Below are positions 22,821-35,769 of a DNA stretch of 64,000 nt, in pieces (position 1 is the stretch's first letter; each line of letters opens with the position of its first letter). Under the pieces are notes generated by a model. It was not told the origin of the DNA. It did no database searches and saw only the letters and a program-made list of their open reading frames with translations. This stretch comes from Lepidodermella squamata (Eukaryota; Animalia; Gastrotricha). The stretch lies in assembly GCA_047495785.1 (NCBI GenBank), contig JBLDXI010000017.1:3782001-3846000 (forward strand), written 5' to 3'. The position numbers were made by a program, and so were the translations under genes.

Positions 22821-23730
22821 CGGGGTGGTGATCGTAAGCTCCTTAACCCCACCTTAATTCCTCAAGTGCTAAGGTTGGTGATCGAAAGTTAAGGTCGCCC
22901 TTATCTTTAACTGTTTTTGCGAAATAGGGTCAACTTAAGTCGAAGTGTGATCGAACGCTTAAGTTAAGGAAATAAGTAAACATTTTGTACTTTTTAACAA
23001 TAAGTAAGTGATCGAAAGAAAAAGACGCCTTAAAATGGACTTAAGAAAATAAGTTAAGGGTTGTCACACCCCTAAGTTTAAGGGACCTCGAGAGGTCCCT
23101 CAGCCAACTGGTTGTCGATATTTCACGTGGAAAAACCGGGTTTACCGGGCGTCGAGGACTCTATCGGGCCACTGCGGACCTATGCCAAGGCAGTGGTGTC
23201 GAGTTTTCCTGTAAATTGCGCCAAAATAATTATCGACAATGAAGAAAAGATAAGTTGGGTGATCGTATCACGATTTTTCTTATCTTAGTGAAAGTTTTAG
23301 CGGCTACGGACAGGTGAGCAATCTTGAATTAGTGGAGCATCGCGGAGAAAATATGGGTTCCGCAATACTAGAAATAAAATAGGATCGATTACAAAGCTTC
23401 TAATCTTGACCAATGAAAATATCGGACTGATAATTGGGACACAAATTTGTCTCTAGAAATCAGGCCATCTTTTGGCATTGTTGCGCAATCACTTAAGGTC
23501 ACTTTAACTTTGATCACTCAACTTACGAATCTCAGTAAAAAGTTAAGGTTGGTGATAGAACGGTATCGAGATCCGGATAAGGTACGATAACATTCCTTTA
23601 AGTGGACCTTAACTAAGGGCGCCTTTGATAAGGTGAGTTTCGATCACACACCAATTTAAGGTCAACTTAGCAAAGTGAACTTATCTGAAAAGTTACCACT
23701 TAAGTTAAGGTCCGTACGATCACCACCCCG
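22821..23730. mobile_element. 910-bp non-autonomous DNA transposon (PIF/Harbinger-like, TTA target), copy A
   Basis: TIR CGGGGTGGTGATCGTA...TACGATCACCACCCCG with many internal TTAAG/GATCG motifs. No coding capacity. Confidence 0.85.
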
Positions 23731-23766
23731 TAATGCCATCCAGCCTCAAATCCTTTAACACTTTAA

Positions 23767-24676
23767 CGGGGTGGTGATCGTACGGACCTTAACTTAAGTG
23801 GTAACTTTTCAGATAAGTTCACTTTGCTAAGTTGACCTTAAATTGGTGTGTGATCGAAACTCACCTTATCAAAGGCGCCCTTAGTTAAGGTCCACTTAAA
23901 GGAATGTTATCGTACCTTATCCGGATCTCGATACCGTTCTATCACCAACCTTAACTTTTTACTGAGATTCGTAAGTTGAGTGATCAAAGTTAAAGTGACC
24001 TTAAGTGATTGCGCAACAATGCCAAAAGATGGCCTGATTTCTAGAGACAAATATGTGTCCCAATTATCAGTCCGATATTTTCATTGGTCAAGATTAGAAG
24101 CTTTGTAATCGATCCTATTTTATTTCTAGTATTGCGGAACCCATATTTTCTCCGCGATGCTCCACTAATTCAAGATTGCTCACCTGTCCGTAGCCGCTAA
24201 AACTTTCACTAAGATAAGAAAAGTCGTGATACGATCACCCAACTTATCTTTTCTTCGTTGTCGATAATTATTTTTGCGCAATTTACAGGAAAACTCGACA
24301 CCAATGCCTTGGCATAGGTCCGCAGTGGCACGACAGAGTCGTCGACGCCCGGTAAACCCGGTTTTTCCTCGTGAAATATCGACAACCAGTTGGCTGAGGG
24401 ACCTCTCGAGGTCCCTTACACTTAGGGGTGTGACAACCCTTAACTTATTTTCTCAAGTCCATTTTAAGGCGTCTTTTTCTTTCGATCACTTACTTATTGT
24501 TAAAAAGTACAAAATGTTTACTTATTTCCTTAACTTAAGCGTTCGATCACACTTCGACTTAAGTTGACCCTATTTCGCAAAAACAGTTAAAGATAAGGAT
24601 GACCTTAACTTCCGATCACCAACCTTAGCACCTGAGGAATTAAGGTGGGGTTAAGGAGCTTACGATCACCACCCCG
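23767..24676. mobile_element. 910-bp non-autonomous DNA transposon, copy A' (inverted relative to copy A)
   Basis: Near-identical reverse complement of 22821-23730 with scattered substitutions. The copies are separated by a 36-bp spacer. Confidence 0.85.
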
Positions 24677-24799
24677 ATAATCCAGTGAAAAGGCTTTATC
24701 AGAAATTTTTCTTAGCTGGGAATTAGGTCAATAACGCACCGTCAACAGGGAAATTTGAATTAGCGCCCACTGAGAAGGTCTTATCCACCAACCGCGATC

Positions 24800-26465
24800 G
24801 GAAATGATTTTGCAGAATTTTTCATTGATCCGCGCCAATTTTATGAAACCTCGAGTTTCGGACTATCGTGCAATGTTTTTTTCGGGAATCGGTGACTTGG
24901 ATCCATTACGGACCATCTCTCAAAATAAATTGGAGCCCCTGGCAAGACAGACAATCAACTCAGGCCACATCGGATGCAAAAATTTCATTTTTCAAAAATG
25001 GAAAAATTATGAAAATGGCAAAACGCATTTCTTGCACAACTTTCTTGCGGTACGTCTTTTGGAAACAAGCTCAACGTTTTTTCTACTAACTCTTCTGTAT
25101 CTTTACAAAACTTGGGATCATCAGGCGTTTTCCAGACCGTTTGGAGGTGATCTGCGAAGATTGTCGCCTTCCCAGAGTTTGTGAACTGGTCGAGGCCTGT
25201 GCTGTCTTTGATTGGCGGATATTGTCTCTGATTCGATGCTAAGGTGTTGTTCGATAGAACGTGGAATTCTTTCCAGAATAGTCTGGGATTGTCCTTCAAC
25301 ATTTTTGATAACTCAGTACACCGTCTTTTAAATCGTCCTGCTCTTTCCTTAGCGATAAGGTACTTGACCTTTCTTGTGGCTGCGTTATACCTTGTTCTCA
25401 CTCGGCTTGAGCGTGACCACTCCCAAGCCCTTCTTGCAGCTCTTCATTCGTCTATGGCGGTCTTAATCTCTGCTGTTAGCCGCCAGCCTCTAAGTTTGCC
25501 GGCTTCGCATTTCGGTGTAGTGGTAGTCGTCGCTTGATTTACTATTGATTCGAGATTTTCTATTGCTGCATCAATTTTCTCTATCGAAGTCAGGTCGGTA
25601 GTGTCGAACTTTTCACACATTTTATCGATTTCATCCTTAAATTGTTCTGTATTTTCATTGCATCCAAGTTTAGGCGAAGTGCGAAGTTCATGGAAGCTAC
25701 AAGGTGCATTGGCTGTTACTCTTACGTGTAGTGCTACTGCTAGATGATCAGATCCTATATCTGGTAGAACCTCAACTGATACTGCGCGCTTGGCTGCTTT
25801 TTCACCGGCTATGAATAGATCGAGGCATTCTTTTTTTTCCTTTACGCGTTGTGTATGTGTGTTCACCCTGCGACAGAATTACGTAGTTTTGCCCCGCTGG
25901 CATCGGGCCTACCGGTTGTACCCAAAGCATAGTCATTATTGTGTCTATGTCGGGTTTGATGTGTGCCATGGCGGCATCCGACAGAATGGTTTTCGGTGGG
26001 CGGTATACTGAAACTATTTTGATGGCTGCCACGCCTTCTAGCTTAATTTGTGCCATCTGAATTTCACAGTTGTCTATAATTGAACCTCCTAAGTCCTCGC
26101 ATTCTATTCCTTCTCTAATTAGTATGGCAACACCGCCGCCTTTTATGTTAGGACGGTCGTGGCGGAAGACTTAGTAACAGATAAAAAGCCTTGTGTGGCT
26201 TCAAGAAGGTTTCATTTATGCAGATGATGTCTATGTTGAATGTTCCTGCTATGGTTTTCAGTTCTATGATTCTGGCCTTAGTAAGTTGATTAGTGTTGAT
26301 GTGACATATTATGAAGACTTGGTATTTTCATTTTCCTTTTTGATACCGCTTTTGTTCGGTCGTCATGCCTTGTTCGATCTTAGGAATTATTCGGTCAAGT
26401 ATTTTCAGGATGATGTCGACTTGGTTGTCTACGCTTCTTTCCAGCCTTTCGGCCCACACGTTGAA
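24800..26465 (-). mobile_element. LINE family A: end of ORF1, APE endonuclease and linker (frameshifted)
   Basis: FRHDRPNIKGGGVAILIR, IVSVYRPP, CLDLFIA and IGSDHLAV are APE motifs. A linker segment KMLKDNPRLFWKEF...IFADHL follows. Confidence 0.8.
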
Positions 26466-28870
26466 TCCGGTTGCACTTCTTGTTAATGAATCCTTCTTTT
26501 ACTCTCTTACTTCCTTCTCCTTGAACGGGTATGCTACCTTCCGCTGTGATAGGGCACAGGACCTTGCAGCAGCCTTGCTTGGCGACGCGCATGGCGGGTC
26601 GGCGATCCTGGTTCGCAAAGGGACGGTTGTTGTCTCTGAGCAGAAGCTGGCCTTGACTGGGGCGAAGAGAAGTGAGTGGCTCCGTCTCGACCTGCTGCCT
26701 GACCGTCGTAGCGAAGTCGTGCGTGTGATCACCGGCTACAGTCCCCCCACGTCTAGTCTCGACCTGCGGTGGCTTGAAGAGGAGTTTGCTGATGCTGCCC
26801 GCCTCGGCCTCCCTTGCTTCTTCAGCGTCGCAAGCGGCTTTTCGCTCCGCCATGCTGCAACCCGACTCGGCCTCACGATCTTGCCCTCACCGAAACCCAC
26901 TTGCCTTCACCTCGACACTGGCACCTTGTCAACCCTCGATGTTTGGGTCCTTAACGACGCCGCACTGCACCTGCTGCGCGGTGGTGTGATTGTTGGCGAT
27001 AGGTACACCAGCGATCATTATACGACCTCTATATCTCGTCGTCGGTGCGGCCAAAAGTATTATATCCATAAAAAATCGAAAATGAGATTTTTACAGTTTC
27101 AGGCTCATAATTTAACGCCCGTTATTATTCTGAAAACCGCATCTCAAAATTCGCCAGGGATCAAAAGTATTATATCCACTTTCGTGCCTTTTTTACTAGT
27201 CACTTTGTCGGCAGAATCAACAGTATTATCTCCATGGCATGAGTTCGAAAGGGCACCAAAAGTATTATATCCAGCAAAAAATCACTCAATCGCGAGCAAA
27301 ATGGCGTTGTAAAAATCGCCAAAAAGTAAATGCCTGCATGAGGAATCGAACCACAGCAGTGCTATGTTGATGCCAAGCAAAAAATAATCCTCTTTGCCCT
27401 CGCTTTAAAAAATTCGCCAAAAATGGATGCACGAACGAGGAATCGAACCACTTTATGTAAAAACACCATAACACAAAAACAAAAAAGTACAAAACAGTAT
27501 TATATCCAACGCATGTCTCGATAGCGCAAAAACGGTGCATCGCCGGTAAACATGGTTAGCGTCATTCGATCCGCCGTGATCAACTACCCCCATGTTCGAC
27601 TTGATGACATATTTTACTGAAAGTTTCGAAAATAAAAGCAGTTTTTTCGATTAATCTCAAAATTAATTCTCTTGGATATAATACTTTTGGCCGCACCGAC
27701 GACAATCTGTCAATTTTCCGGTTGGCAGACGCCCGCCTGCATTTGACTATCCCGCTCCTGACCCGTTTCCGCGCTTCGATGTCTCCCGCGCTGACCGTCT
27801 CGGATTTTCGCGTACGCTGATCGAGAAGTTGATTGCGATTCCTATGCCTGTTCCAGGTGACCCGTTCCCGCGTCTTGTCGCGTATCGCCGCTCCGTCACC
27901 CGCGCTGTAGCCGACTCCCGTAACCGTCACGTGCCCGTCTGCGAGCCAGGGCAGCTGCGGAGGCTTGCTATGAGCCAGGAGATGCGTCATATCATCAAGG
28001 AGAAGCGCATTCTGGAGAGAGCCCTGGGCGACCATGTCGACCGCGACCTGTGCGTTCTTCTCAAGGCCCTTGACGCCCGTTTTCGTGATGCGAAGCAGGC
28101 CCATCAACTCCGCCGAGATGTCGCCAACCTTCGAAGGGTAGAAGCTCTGTCAGCTCAACGCCGCTACCGCGAAGCCTGGGAGCGACTCAAACGTCTCGAC
28201 AAGCACCGCCCGCAGCGCTCGACTGGTCCTATGAAGCTTGATGATGGTCGCGTCCTAGAGCCGTCCGTCGAGCTCGCTGATGTCCTTCTCGATCAGTTTG
28301 TGAAGCCCATGACGCCATTCACCGACCCTGCTGCCGACGCCTATCTGAAGCAACAGTGGGCTGACATCGAACAGTTCGTCGCATCTGATCCCGACCTACA
28401 ACGCACTGACCGCCTTCAGCTTCCAGCCCCTGGCGAGTTCTCCGTCAGTCAGCGCATGGTTGCCGATGCTGTGTCCCGCCTCAAGCCGTTCAAGGCTCCT
28501 GGGTTGGATGGTATCAGCCCCGTCTTCTACAAGTGGGGTGGACCGGTGCTGCAGCGCCACCTCCGGCACATGTTCAACCTGAGCCTCGGATCGCGCTTCG
28601 TACTGCCCGACTGGAAGGAAGCTGCTGTGGTACCCGTGCCGAAAGCTGGCAAGCCGTTAGGAGCTGTCTCATCCCAGCTGCCGATCTCGTTGTTACCCGT
28701 CGACGGCACGCTGTTGGAGTCCATCGTGGCGCGTTGGTTGGGCGAGTTTTTGGAGAGCCACCACGCCCTGCCCGACAACCAGTATGCGTTCCGCGCGCAC
28801 CACTCTGCGCCCGATGTCCCTTTACGCGTCGCCCACACCGTTCACCTTGCCCGTTCTCGACACCGAAAAG
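26465..28870 (+). mobile_element. LINE family B (GC-rich) ORF2: APE endonuclease and RT N-terminal half, interrupted by a DNA transposon and 3'-truncated
   Basis: LVNES, HGGSAILVR, GYSPP, TLDVW and SDHY (APE). KAPGLDGI, WKEAAVVPVPK, PISLL and QYAFR (RT domains 0-2). Confidence 0.85.
27037..27704. mobile_element. Non-autonomous DNA transposon with ~31-bp TIRs and 4-bp TSD (ATCT)
   Basis: TIR GTCGTCGGTGCGGCCAAAAGTATTATATCCA with internal repeats of AGTATTATATCCA. Removing the element plus one ATCT restores the LINE frame (TTSISVNFPVGRR...RFDVSRAD). Confidence 0.85.
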
Positions 28871-28969
28871 CGAGCGGAAATTCTTTCCTTCAAAATTCCA
28901 TCCCTAGCTGGATAAAAATCCGACTTCCGACACTGCAAAGGCCACGTACTCACACTTGGTGGGGTTGAT

Positions 28970-30650
28970 TGACAAACGCCAGCGCCAGCGCCAGCACCAG
29001 CGTTCGTGATTCCATAAAGCCATTTGCACGCGAGCAGCAACATTTGCAGCGGGTTTCCCGGTGGCCCAGATGGCATGATCATCGGCGTAGACCGCGGCTG
29101 CCGACGAGCGCGCAGCGTCATCGGGCTGAACTACAGGAGGCAGCGACGACAGTGGTGACCCCTGGGGGACGCCACAGGCGCAGTCGAACGGGTCGCTCAG
29201 CGAATCCCCGACGAGTCGTACGCGTCCTTGGTGTCCAGGAACGCCGCGACGGTGACGAGACGATCGGGGTCCGCGCGGCCCTCGGCGACGTCATGCAACA
29301 GCCGAATGACTGGGTCCAAGATGGACCGAAGCCGCTGGACGGCGGCTTGCCCGGGCGATAGCTTGCCATACTGGACGCAGAAGCAGGAACCGGGAGACCA
29401 GTGACTCCATCAATTTGGAGAGGCAGGATCAAGGCGATGGGCCTGTAGCCGTCAAATGAGCGGTGGGACTGCCCGGGTTTCGGCACGGGGACGACGACGG
29501 CGGACTTCCATGCCGCCGGCAAGTAGCCCGTGTTGAGACTAAAGTTGTAGAGGAGCAGGACCGCCTCGAGCATGGCTGGTGGTGCACGCTTGAGCAGTGC
29601 AGGTTGTCATAGAAGAGTTGCTCCACGTGTCGTAGATTCTGCTCGCAGACGGCCTGCTGGATGATGGCGACCTCGCGGGACACTTGGCGAGTCGCGGCAT
29701 TGAGGGCGGCCTTCGACGCGCCTGAGTTTTCATGACCGTGCCGGCTCTCGCAGAGAGTACGCCATTCGATCGCCTGCTTAGCCGCCGCACTGAGACGGAG
29801 CCGGGGAAGTCGTCCAACCGAGATGCGGGGAATCGCGATGGCCGCGCTATCCAACATGGAGAAGCGGTCCAGTACAACTGCTGGGTCACCAGCGACGGCA
29901 GGCAGGCGGGCGTCACATTCACGCTGGTAGGTCGTCCAATCGGCGCGAGAATAGTCAAAACGCATGGGTGCGGGGCAGGTTGCCCGAGGTAGGCCCGTCC
30001 CAGGGGCTGCGGAGCGGGGCTAACGGCGTGGTCGGAGCCGAGCTGCTCGCCTACAAGTGGAGGGCCGGAGACACACGAGGAGACGTGGCTGGGGCGCCAG
30101 CGGCGAGCGAGGGCAAGGAGGCCAAGGAACGGGCGGCCTTCGGCAACAAGACGCGTGGCACCTTCGCGGGATTTACAGCATACATCGATCAAGGGGCCAT
30201 CACCGTGACGCGACTCAACCACCCAAGCCTCTTCAACGAAGTCGCCCCACTCGGCGAGAACATCGGCCGGGGTTACACCCTCGAACAAGTTGAACAACAA
30301 GGCCTTGCGGGAGTCCGCACCAGCACGCTGGGGGCGAGCCGACGAACGCTGCACCGAGGAGCCTTGCGCCTGGGCTTCCAGGGCCGCTCGAATGAGGGAG
30401 TTAAATTCCTGGAAGTGGGTGCTGGATGGGCGGTGGACGCGCGCGTCGCCACCAAAAGCGTCGCGCAGCCAACGAGCACGGGTGAGCAAGGCGGTCGTGC
30501 TGGCCTCATCGCGACGCTGGATTCCGAAGCCACCGCGGCTACACACCCACGACCGCAGGAACAGGACATCGGGCGCCACACGCTTGAGCAGAGAGTTGAA
30601 CTCGGGACCGACGTTATCGAGAATAACCAACCGCTGGTAGCGGGGAGAGC
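28970..30650 (-). mobile_element. Internally deleted relative of LINE family C
   Basis: ORF1 VILDNVGPEFNSL..LKRVAPDV / NLFEGVTP and ORF2 EQLGSDH, SKAALNAATRQV, FSLNTGYLPAAWK are collinear with 36360-39700, with large and small deletions. Confidence 0.8.
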
Positions 30651-32898
30651 GACCCGCCGCGACTGTGAACTGTTACTGTTTTTATTGTTGCATTTTGTTT
30701 TTCAACATTTAGCAATTGGTAAGGCTAAACCACAGATGAAGTGTATTTTCGCAGATCATCAGCATTTTTCTTCACATAATTAATGAATACGTTGTGCGAA
30801 CTGGTAATAATAGTAGAAGGTAGGTGGTTCCAAGCGCCACGAACGCGTCTCACGAAAGAATATTGAAAGTTCCTGAATATTGAAAGTTCCAGATTTTCCT
30901 GAACTTTTTCATTACAATAGCATGTGCTGGTAGTCGAGCGTTTTTGGATATTTCGAAGAAGTCCGAATACTTGGCATCAATAAAATTGTGGTAAAGTATG
31001 TGACATAGAGACAGATCATGTATCAAGCGCCGCATTTCAAAGGTAAACATTCCCAGTTTCTCCAGCCTCTCCTCATAAGAAGCGCCTTCAATCGGTATGT
31101 AAATATAACGATATAAAAGCCTCTTAGTAAAGCGACAGTGCACAGACTCTAGTTCTTCGATATCTTTTAGGAGATAAGGAGAGTAAACGGAAGGGCAGTA
31201 GTCAAGGCGTGACAGAGTATAGTTTTTGTAGGCCTTGAGGCGCAAGGATTTCGAAGCAAACGGCTTACAAATTACGCCGTTGATGAGGTGCCATTTCACT
31301 GCTAATGCATTACAGTGTTCGGAGAATGCCAAATCTTTGTCTACAATTATACCAAGGTCCTTGACAGAATCGACAACAGTGAGTTCATTATCCTTCATCT
31401 TAAAGGTGAAAGAGAGGCTTTTGCTACCAAGCCAAAGCACAACGCACTTCTTTGAGTTCACAGATAGGCCGTTTTCGTCAAACCATTCGATGATTTTGTC
31501 CAGGTCCCGCTGTAACTCTATGCAATCGGATAGACTGCGAATAACGTGGTAAAGCTCCGTGTCATCCGCGAAGAATTTTGCGAAAGACGTCTTGATCAGC
31601 TCGTTAGGAGCATCGGCAGTGAAAATCAAGAAAAGCAGGGGGGCCCAATACTGAGTCCCGAGGCACGCCAGAGGTAACAGGCAACCAGTCTGAAACGCTG
31701 GAATTAACAACAGTTCTGAAGAAGCGATCGGTCAAGAAGGCTCTAATCCGCATATTTTGATATCACGTAGCTTAGACAGTAATAAAACAATCGGAACAAC
31801 GTCGAAGGCTTTCGACAGATCGAGATATATCACTATTACACCTAGCATCTGGTCAAGAATTTTCAGCCAGTCAGATATGCATGAAAGTAGTTGCGTTTCG
31901 CAACTTCGACGGGATAAGCAGCCGTACTGGTTTTCAGAGATCAGGTTATTTCTGTATAGATAGAGAAGAAGATGTTCCTGAACAATAGTTTCCTGCGTTT
32001 TACAAAGCATACAAGTCAGCCTGATTGGGCGATAATTTCCAGCACACGAAGCATCACCGTTGCGCTTGAAAATTGGCGCAACATTGGCGTGTTTCCACAC
32101 TAACGGTATTTCCCCGCTGTTCAAAGAGAGGCTGAAAATGATAGCAACATGAATCGATATAGAACAAGCAACCCAGTCAAAAGTCTGTAGGCCTAGACTA
32201 GGCTCCTAGGCCTATTGTAGGCCTAATTGAATCTAGCCTAGTTCAGGTCTGGGCCTAGGCTAGGCCTAACAACAGAGCTTTGAAAATGGCCCGAAAATGC
32301 TGGGCCTGGTCTAGGCCTAGCCAATTTTCTCATCAATTTTCTAGGCCCAGACTAGGCCTATAGGAATTGAGTGAAGTAGGCTGCCATCATGCGTATATCA
32401 TTTGTGTGTATGATATGTCCATTTCCCACAATTCCTGGAGCATATCGCAAGAATTTGTGAAATCAGTGCACCTTGTGGCCATATCATTAATGTTGTTTGT
32501 TGGTTGATGCAACTCGAAAAATGAAAGTTGCAAAGTCTGGCATTTACTTGACCCATTGCTATGCCTCTCACATTTGGCTGTATAATAATGGCCATGGGTC
32601 AGATATAAAAACGGATTGCACCAATAGATTCCCCGTGAAAAACTGCACTAGAAATCATTTTTGAAATAAAAACATAAAAAAATAAAAATAAAAATAAGTC
32701 ATCCACAAAAAGGACCGCGATATTGGGATCCAGGCACCCTCTATGGGTACTTTGGGTGACCATGGGTGATCATGGACCTACTCCCAACTGCTAAGTGAGC
32801 CCATCGACCTACTTTATTTGCGCTTACACTTGCTTAAAATCACTGAAAAAACCGACTTGAAACTTATATACCCCTATTAACCCCTACTGTATATGCGT

Positions 32899-33105
32899 GA
32901 CCAGCTGGTCTAGTGGTAGCGCGTCCACCTCTTTGGCAAGGCGACCCGGGTTCGACTCCAACCCCGACACAAGTCAACATCGAGCGATTTGTCTTTCGAT
33001 TCTTTCAAACAATGTTACGAGTCGATCTGCAATGGTTACCGGCACCTGGGAGCTCAGGGACCAGGGGTAGCCAGACTTAATTATTGTTTGGGTATACCTC
33101 TAAAA
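32899..33105 (+). mobile_element. tRNA-derived SINE
   Basis: Pol III A box TGGTCTAGTGG and B box GGTTCGACTCC at tRNA spacing. There is no intact cloverleaf, and a non-tRNA body follows. The 3' boundary is approximate. Confidence 0.65.
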
Positions 33106-33165
33106 CCCTAGACTAGGCCTAGATTATCGCTCAAATTTAGGCCTAGCCCAGGCCCAGAGACCCAG

Positions 33166-34032
33166 GGGGGTATGTTGGAATCTAGCTTAAACTTTCCGTA
33201 TCTTTTCCTAAGTTAGGCTAAAACTTGAGCCGAGATCTTTCTAAAAATCCAATTACTCCGGGACACTTTTCTAGTGTTGTCCTATATAATTTCTAAAACC
33301 AATTGTTAAATTGTCCCTTTTTAATTTTCAATGTGTCATCTGCAAGAAGCAAGTGAGATGTCAATATGAAAAAATAACTAGGTAGAAAGAATTTAATAGG
33401 ATTTCACGGCCAGTAACCAGTTGGCTATTTATTATTATTATTGTTATTAAAATTAGTAAAATTAGTAAGCCTATTAAGCCTACCTGAGCGTTCGCCAATT
33501 ATAAATGAAATTGGCGATATTATAATTTTAAATAATAATTATTTTGCGATGAATTCAACGCAGAAAACGTTTATCATTGACCGATCGCAAACGAAATAGT
33601 CGCGACCGTCGAGAAATGTTGCGAGTAATATAGCAGCGGAAAATGCAGATATTTTACTGATAATATTGGAAATAAATATATTATACGCGCTTTCAACTTC
33701 TCGAAATTTTGAATTCCGCGCCATCGAGCAATGACGCTATAAGACGCGCCATCCGCCGGTTGGGCCGTAACACCCGTTTTTTTGTAAACCTCCTCGTACA
33801 TGGTTTGAAAAATTCTGAGTTTAAACCAGGTTTAGCGGATAAAACCTGCAAATTTTCTCTCATTTGTACATAGGTTTTTTAATCGAACATAGGAATTTTC
33901 TTCTATTGCTCCATTTTATATACGCGAACAATGGCGAGTCCCAATACGCAACAATGGTTGCTTTGGAAATGAGAGGAAAACTTAAACCTTAAACCTTAAT
34001 CCAACATAAGGAAGGTTCCAACATACGCCCCC
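33166..34032. mobile_element. Harbinger-like non-autonomous element (3-bp CAG TSD)
   Basis: CAG|GGGGGTATGTTGGAA...TTCCAACATACGCCCCC|CAG. A second partial copy lies at 43761-44295. Confidence 0.75.
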
Positions 34033-34869
34033 CAGGGTTTTGACTGGGAAGTTTCTTAATTAGAACCGCCGGCAAGTTATCAGGCCCGCCAATGGGCTTT
34101 TCTTTCATTCCACGCAACGCAGCATAGACACATTCAGGTCAATATTCTGTAAACAGTTCGATACAACCTTGAAATTACTAGTAGGCCCAACCTTATCTTT
34201 GTTGTACGAACCAGCAAACTGTTTCCTAAAAACTTCAGCTTTTTCCGAGTCGCTAACAATATTCGACGAGATTAGTGATTGAATCAGTCGGAGAATTAGG
34301 TGAACGTTAAACAGCGACGATACGCAAGGCAACACCGTCAATCACATCCGCAAAAATAACCCACATTACTTTCTTTTTTAAAAATCAATTTCAACACATT
34401 TTTAGGCAATTCGAACATCCGAGTGGACTCTCCTGCCACATAGCCGACATGCGATAACCGATAGAGGGGATTTGATCTCACAGTCACATTCAACACACAT
34501 AGTTTTTTTTTTGGTTGTCGAACCCTGATATTGCTTCGATGTCCTTCACGTTGATCTGTCCAAACGGCAGGTTTAGACGATTGAGTAGCACTGCCGGTAC
34601 CAGCTTGTTGCGGTCTGCACGTGTTGACGCTTCGTTCGCTTTTGAAGTCGGTGGTTTACTAGCGCGTGCCACTCTGGTGCTGTTTTGCTGATTGACACGC
34701 GTTGACATGATGGTGAAAGGGGTTGAAGTCCGAAAACATTTAAAATCAGCGCTGCGGTGCGGCCAGAGGTGCTTGCGAGGCAGAACGGTAGGACCGAAGG
34801 CAGGAAGGGGGGGGCGGCCGGAAGAGGCCATTTTTCGAGCGATAAATCTGCCCAGCTTGTTGCCAAAAA

Positions 34870-35330
34870 TTGGCGAAAATCGATGGTGCCAAAGTCCAAT
34901 CGTATAGGTCTGCAAAGTATCGAATCGTGCTGACAAATTTTGATGCGAACGCCGTTACGACATCCCACATCGCTGCGACATTTGGCGAGAAGCTGACGAA
35001 GACTGTGGAACTGCGAGGGAAACAGCTGATGTTCGAATTATCTGATTACGAACTAGCTGAACGTGCTGTTAAGAATGGCCTGACTGCGAAACCTTTTCTG
35101 CTACGCGTTCGATGGTTCGTTGTGAAACCACCTGATGTGATGCAGTGTTATCGATGCCAGCGATACGGCCACATGGCGCGAACCTGCTCTGTTGAAGAAC
35201 GATGCCTAAGATGTGGTCGATCACACAATGTTACGACATGTTTGCGTGTTGTTTGCTGCTGCAATTGCGGTGGCAAACATGCCTCAGCGCCAGCCATCGG
35301 GTCTGGCTGATGCAAACAGCATCTGGGAAA
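34870..35330 (+). mobile_element. LINE ORF1 (gag-like) fragment with CCHC zinc knuckles
   Basis: MQCYRCQRYGHMARTC..RCLRCGRSH..CCNCGGKH. Confidence 0.8.
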
Positions 35331-35769
35331 GTGTTCAAGACGGGACGAGTGGTACTTGTGGACGGTACTTGTTTATCCGCAAGGAAATAAACACCCGAGT
35401 CGGGATAGATTAATTAAAAAAGAAAGCAACCGTAAGTTGTTTCTAACAACTTTATTAATTGGCGACCGGGGGTTTGGGTGTTAAACACCCCCAAAGAAAT
35501 CCTGAAAGTGGTATCCGGTTACAAATTTTCTGTGAACCCTGCAACTTTTAACGCATTCTAAGGCTATTTTCGGCTTGAAAATGCCCGGAAAAGCGTCAGC
35601 TAAAGCTTAGCTCGCATATATGCTTTTTAGGTGTTTTTTAGACCCCGAAATTTTCGAAGCCACAGGTGAAAAAAGTATAACCCCCCGAAAATATCTGCGT
35701 ATCGATTTTCGAATTGCATCTATCAGCACGGTGCCTTTTGGCTTTAAAAGCTGAGGGCTACCACTGATA

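Larger units (their letters stand above)
32172..34048. mobile_element. CCCAG-ended non-autonomous DNA transposon (EnSpm/CMC-like, 2-bp AA TSD) carrying further nested insertions
   Basis: AA|CCCAGTCAAAA...TTTTGACTGGG|AA, with many TAGGCCTA subterminal repeats. Confidence 0.75.
30850..34300 (-). mobile_element. CR1/L2-group LINE ORF2 (RT), decayed, split by nested insertions at 32172-34048
   Basis: WKHANVAPIFK, NYRPI, YLDLSKAFD, FADDT and VKDLGIIVD motifs. The frame LIKKL|ACSISIH continues across the insertion. Confidence 0.85.

Noticed and set aside
29968-30783. Long antisense ORFs over GC-rich LINE and gypsy sequences
   Set aside because: Shadow ORFs of the retroelement coding strands.
32899-32970. 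tRNA gene
   Set aside because: A and B boxes are present but the acceptor and anticodon stems do not pair. Treated as a SINE head.
33539-33801. ORF MYEEVYKKTG... repeated at 43973
   Set aside because: The repetition reflects two copies of one non-autonomous element, and the frames differ between copies.
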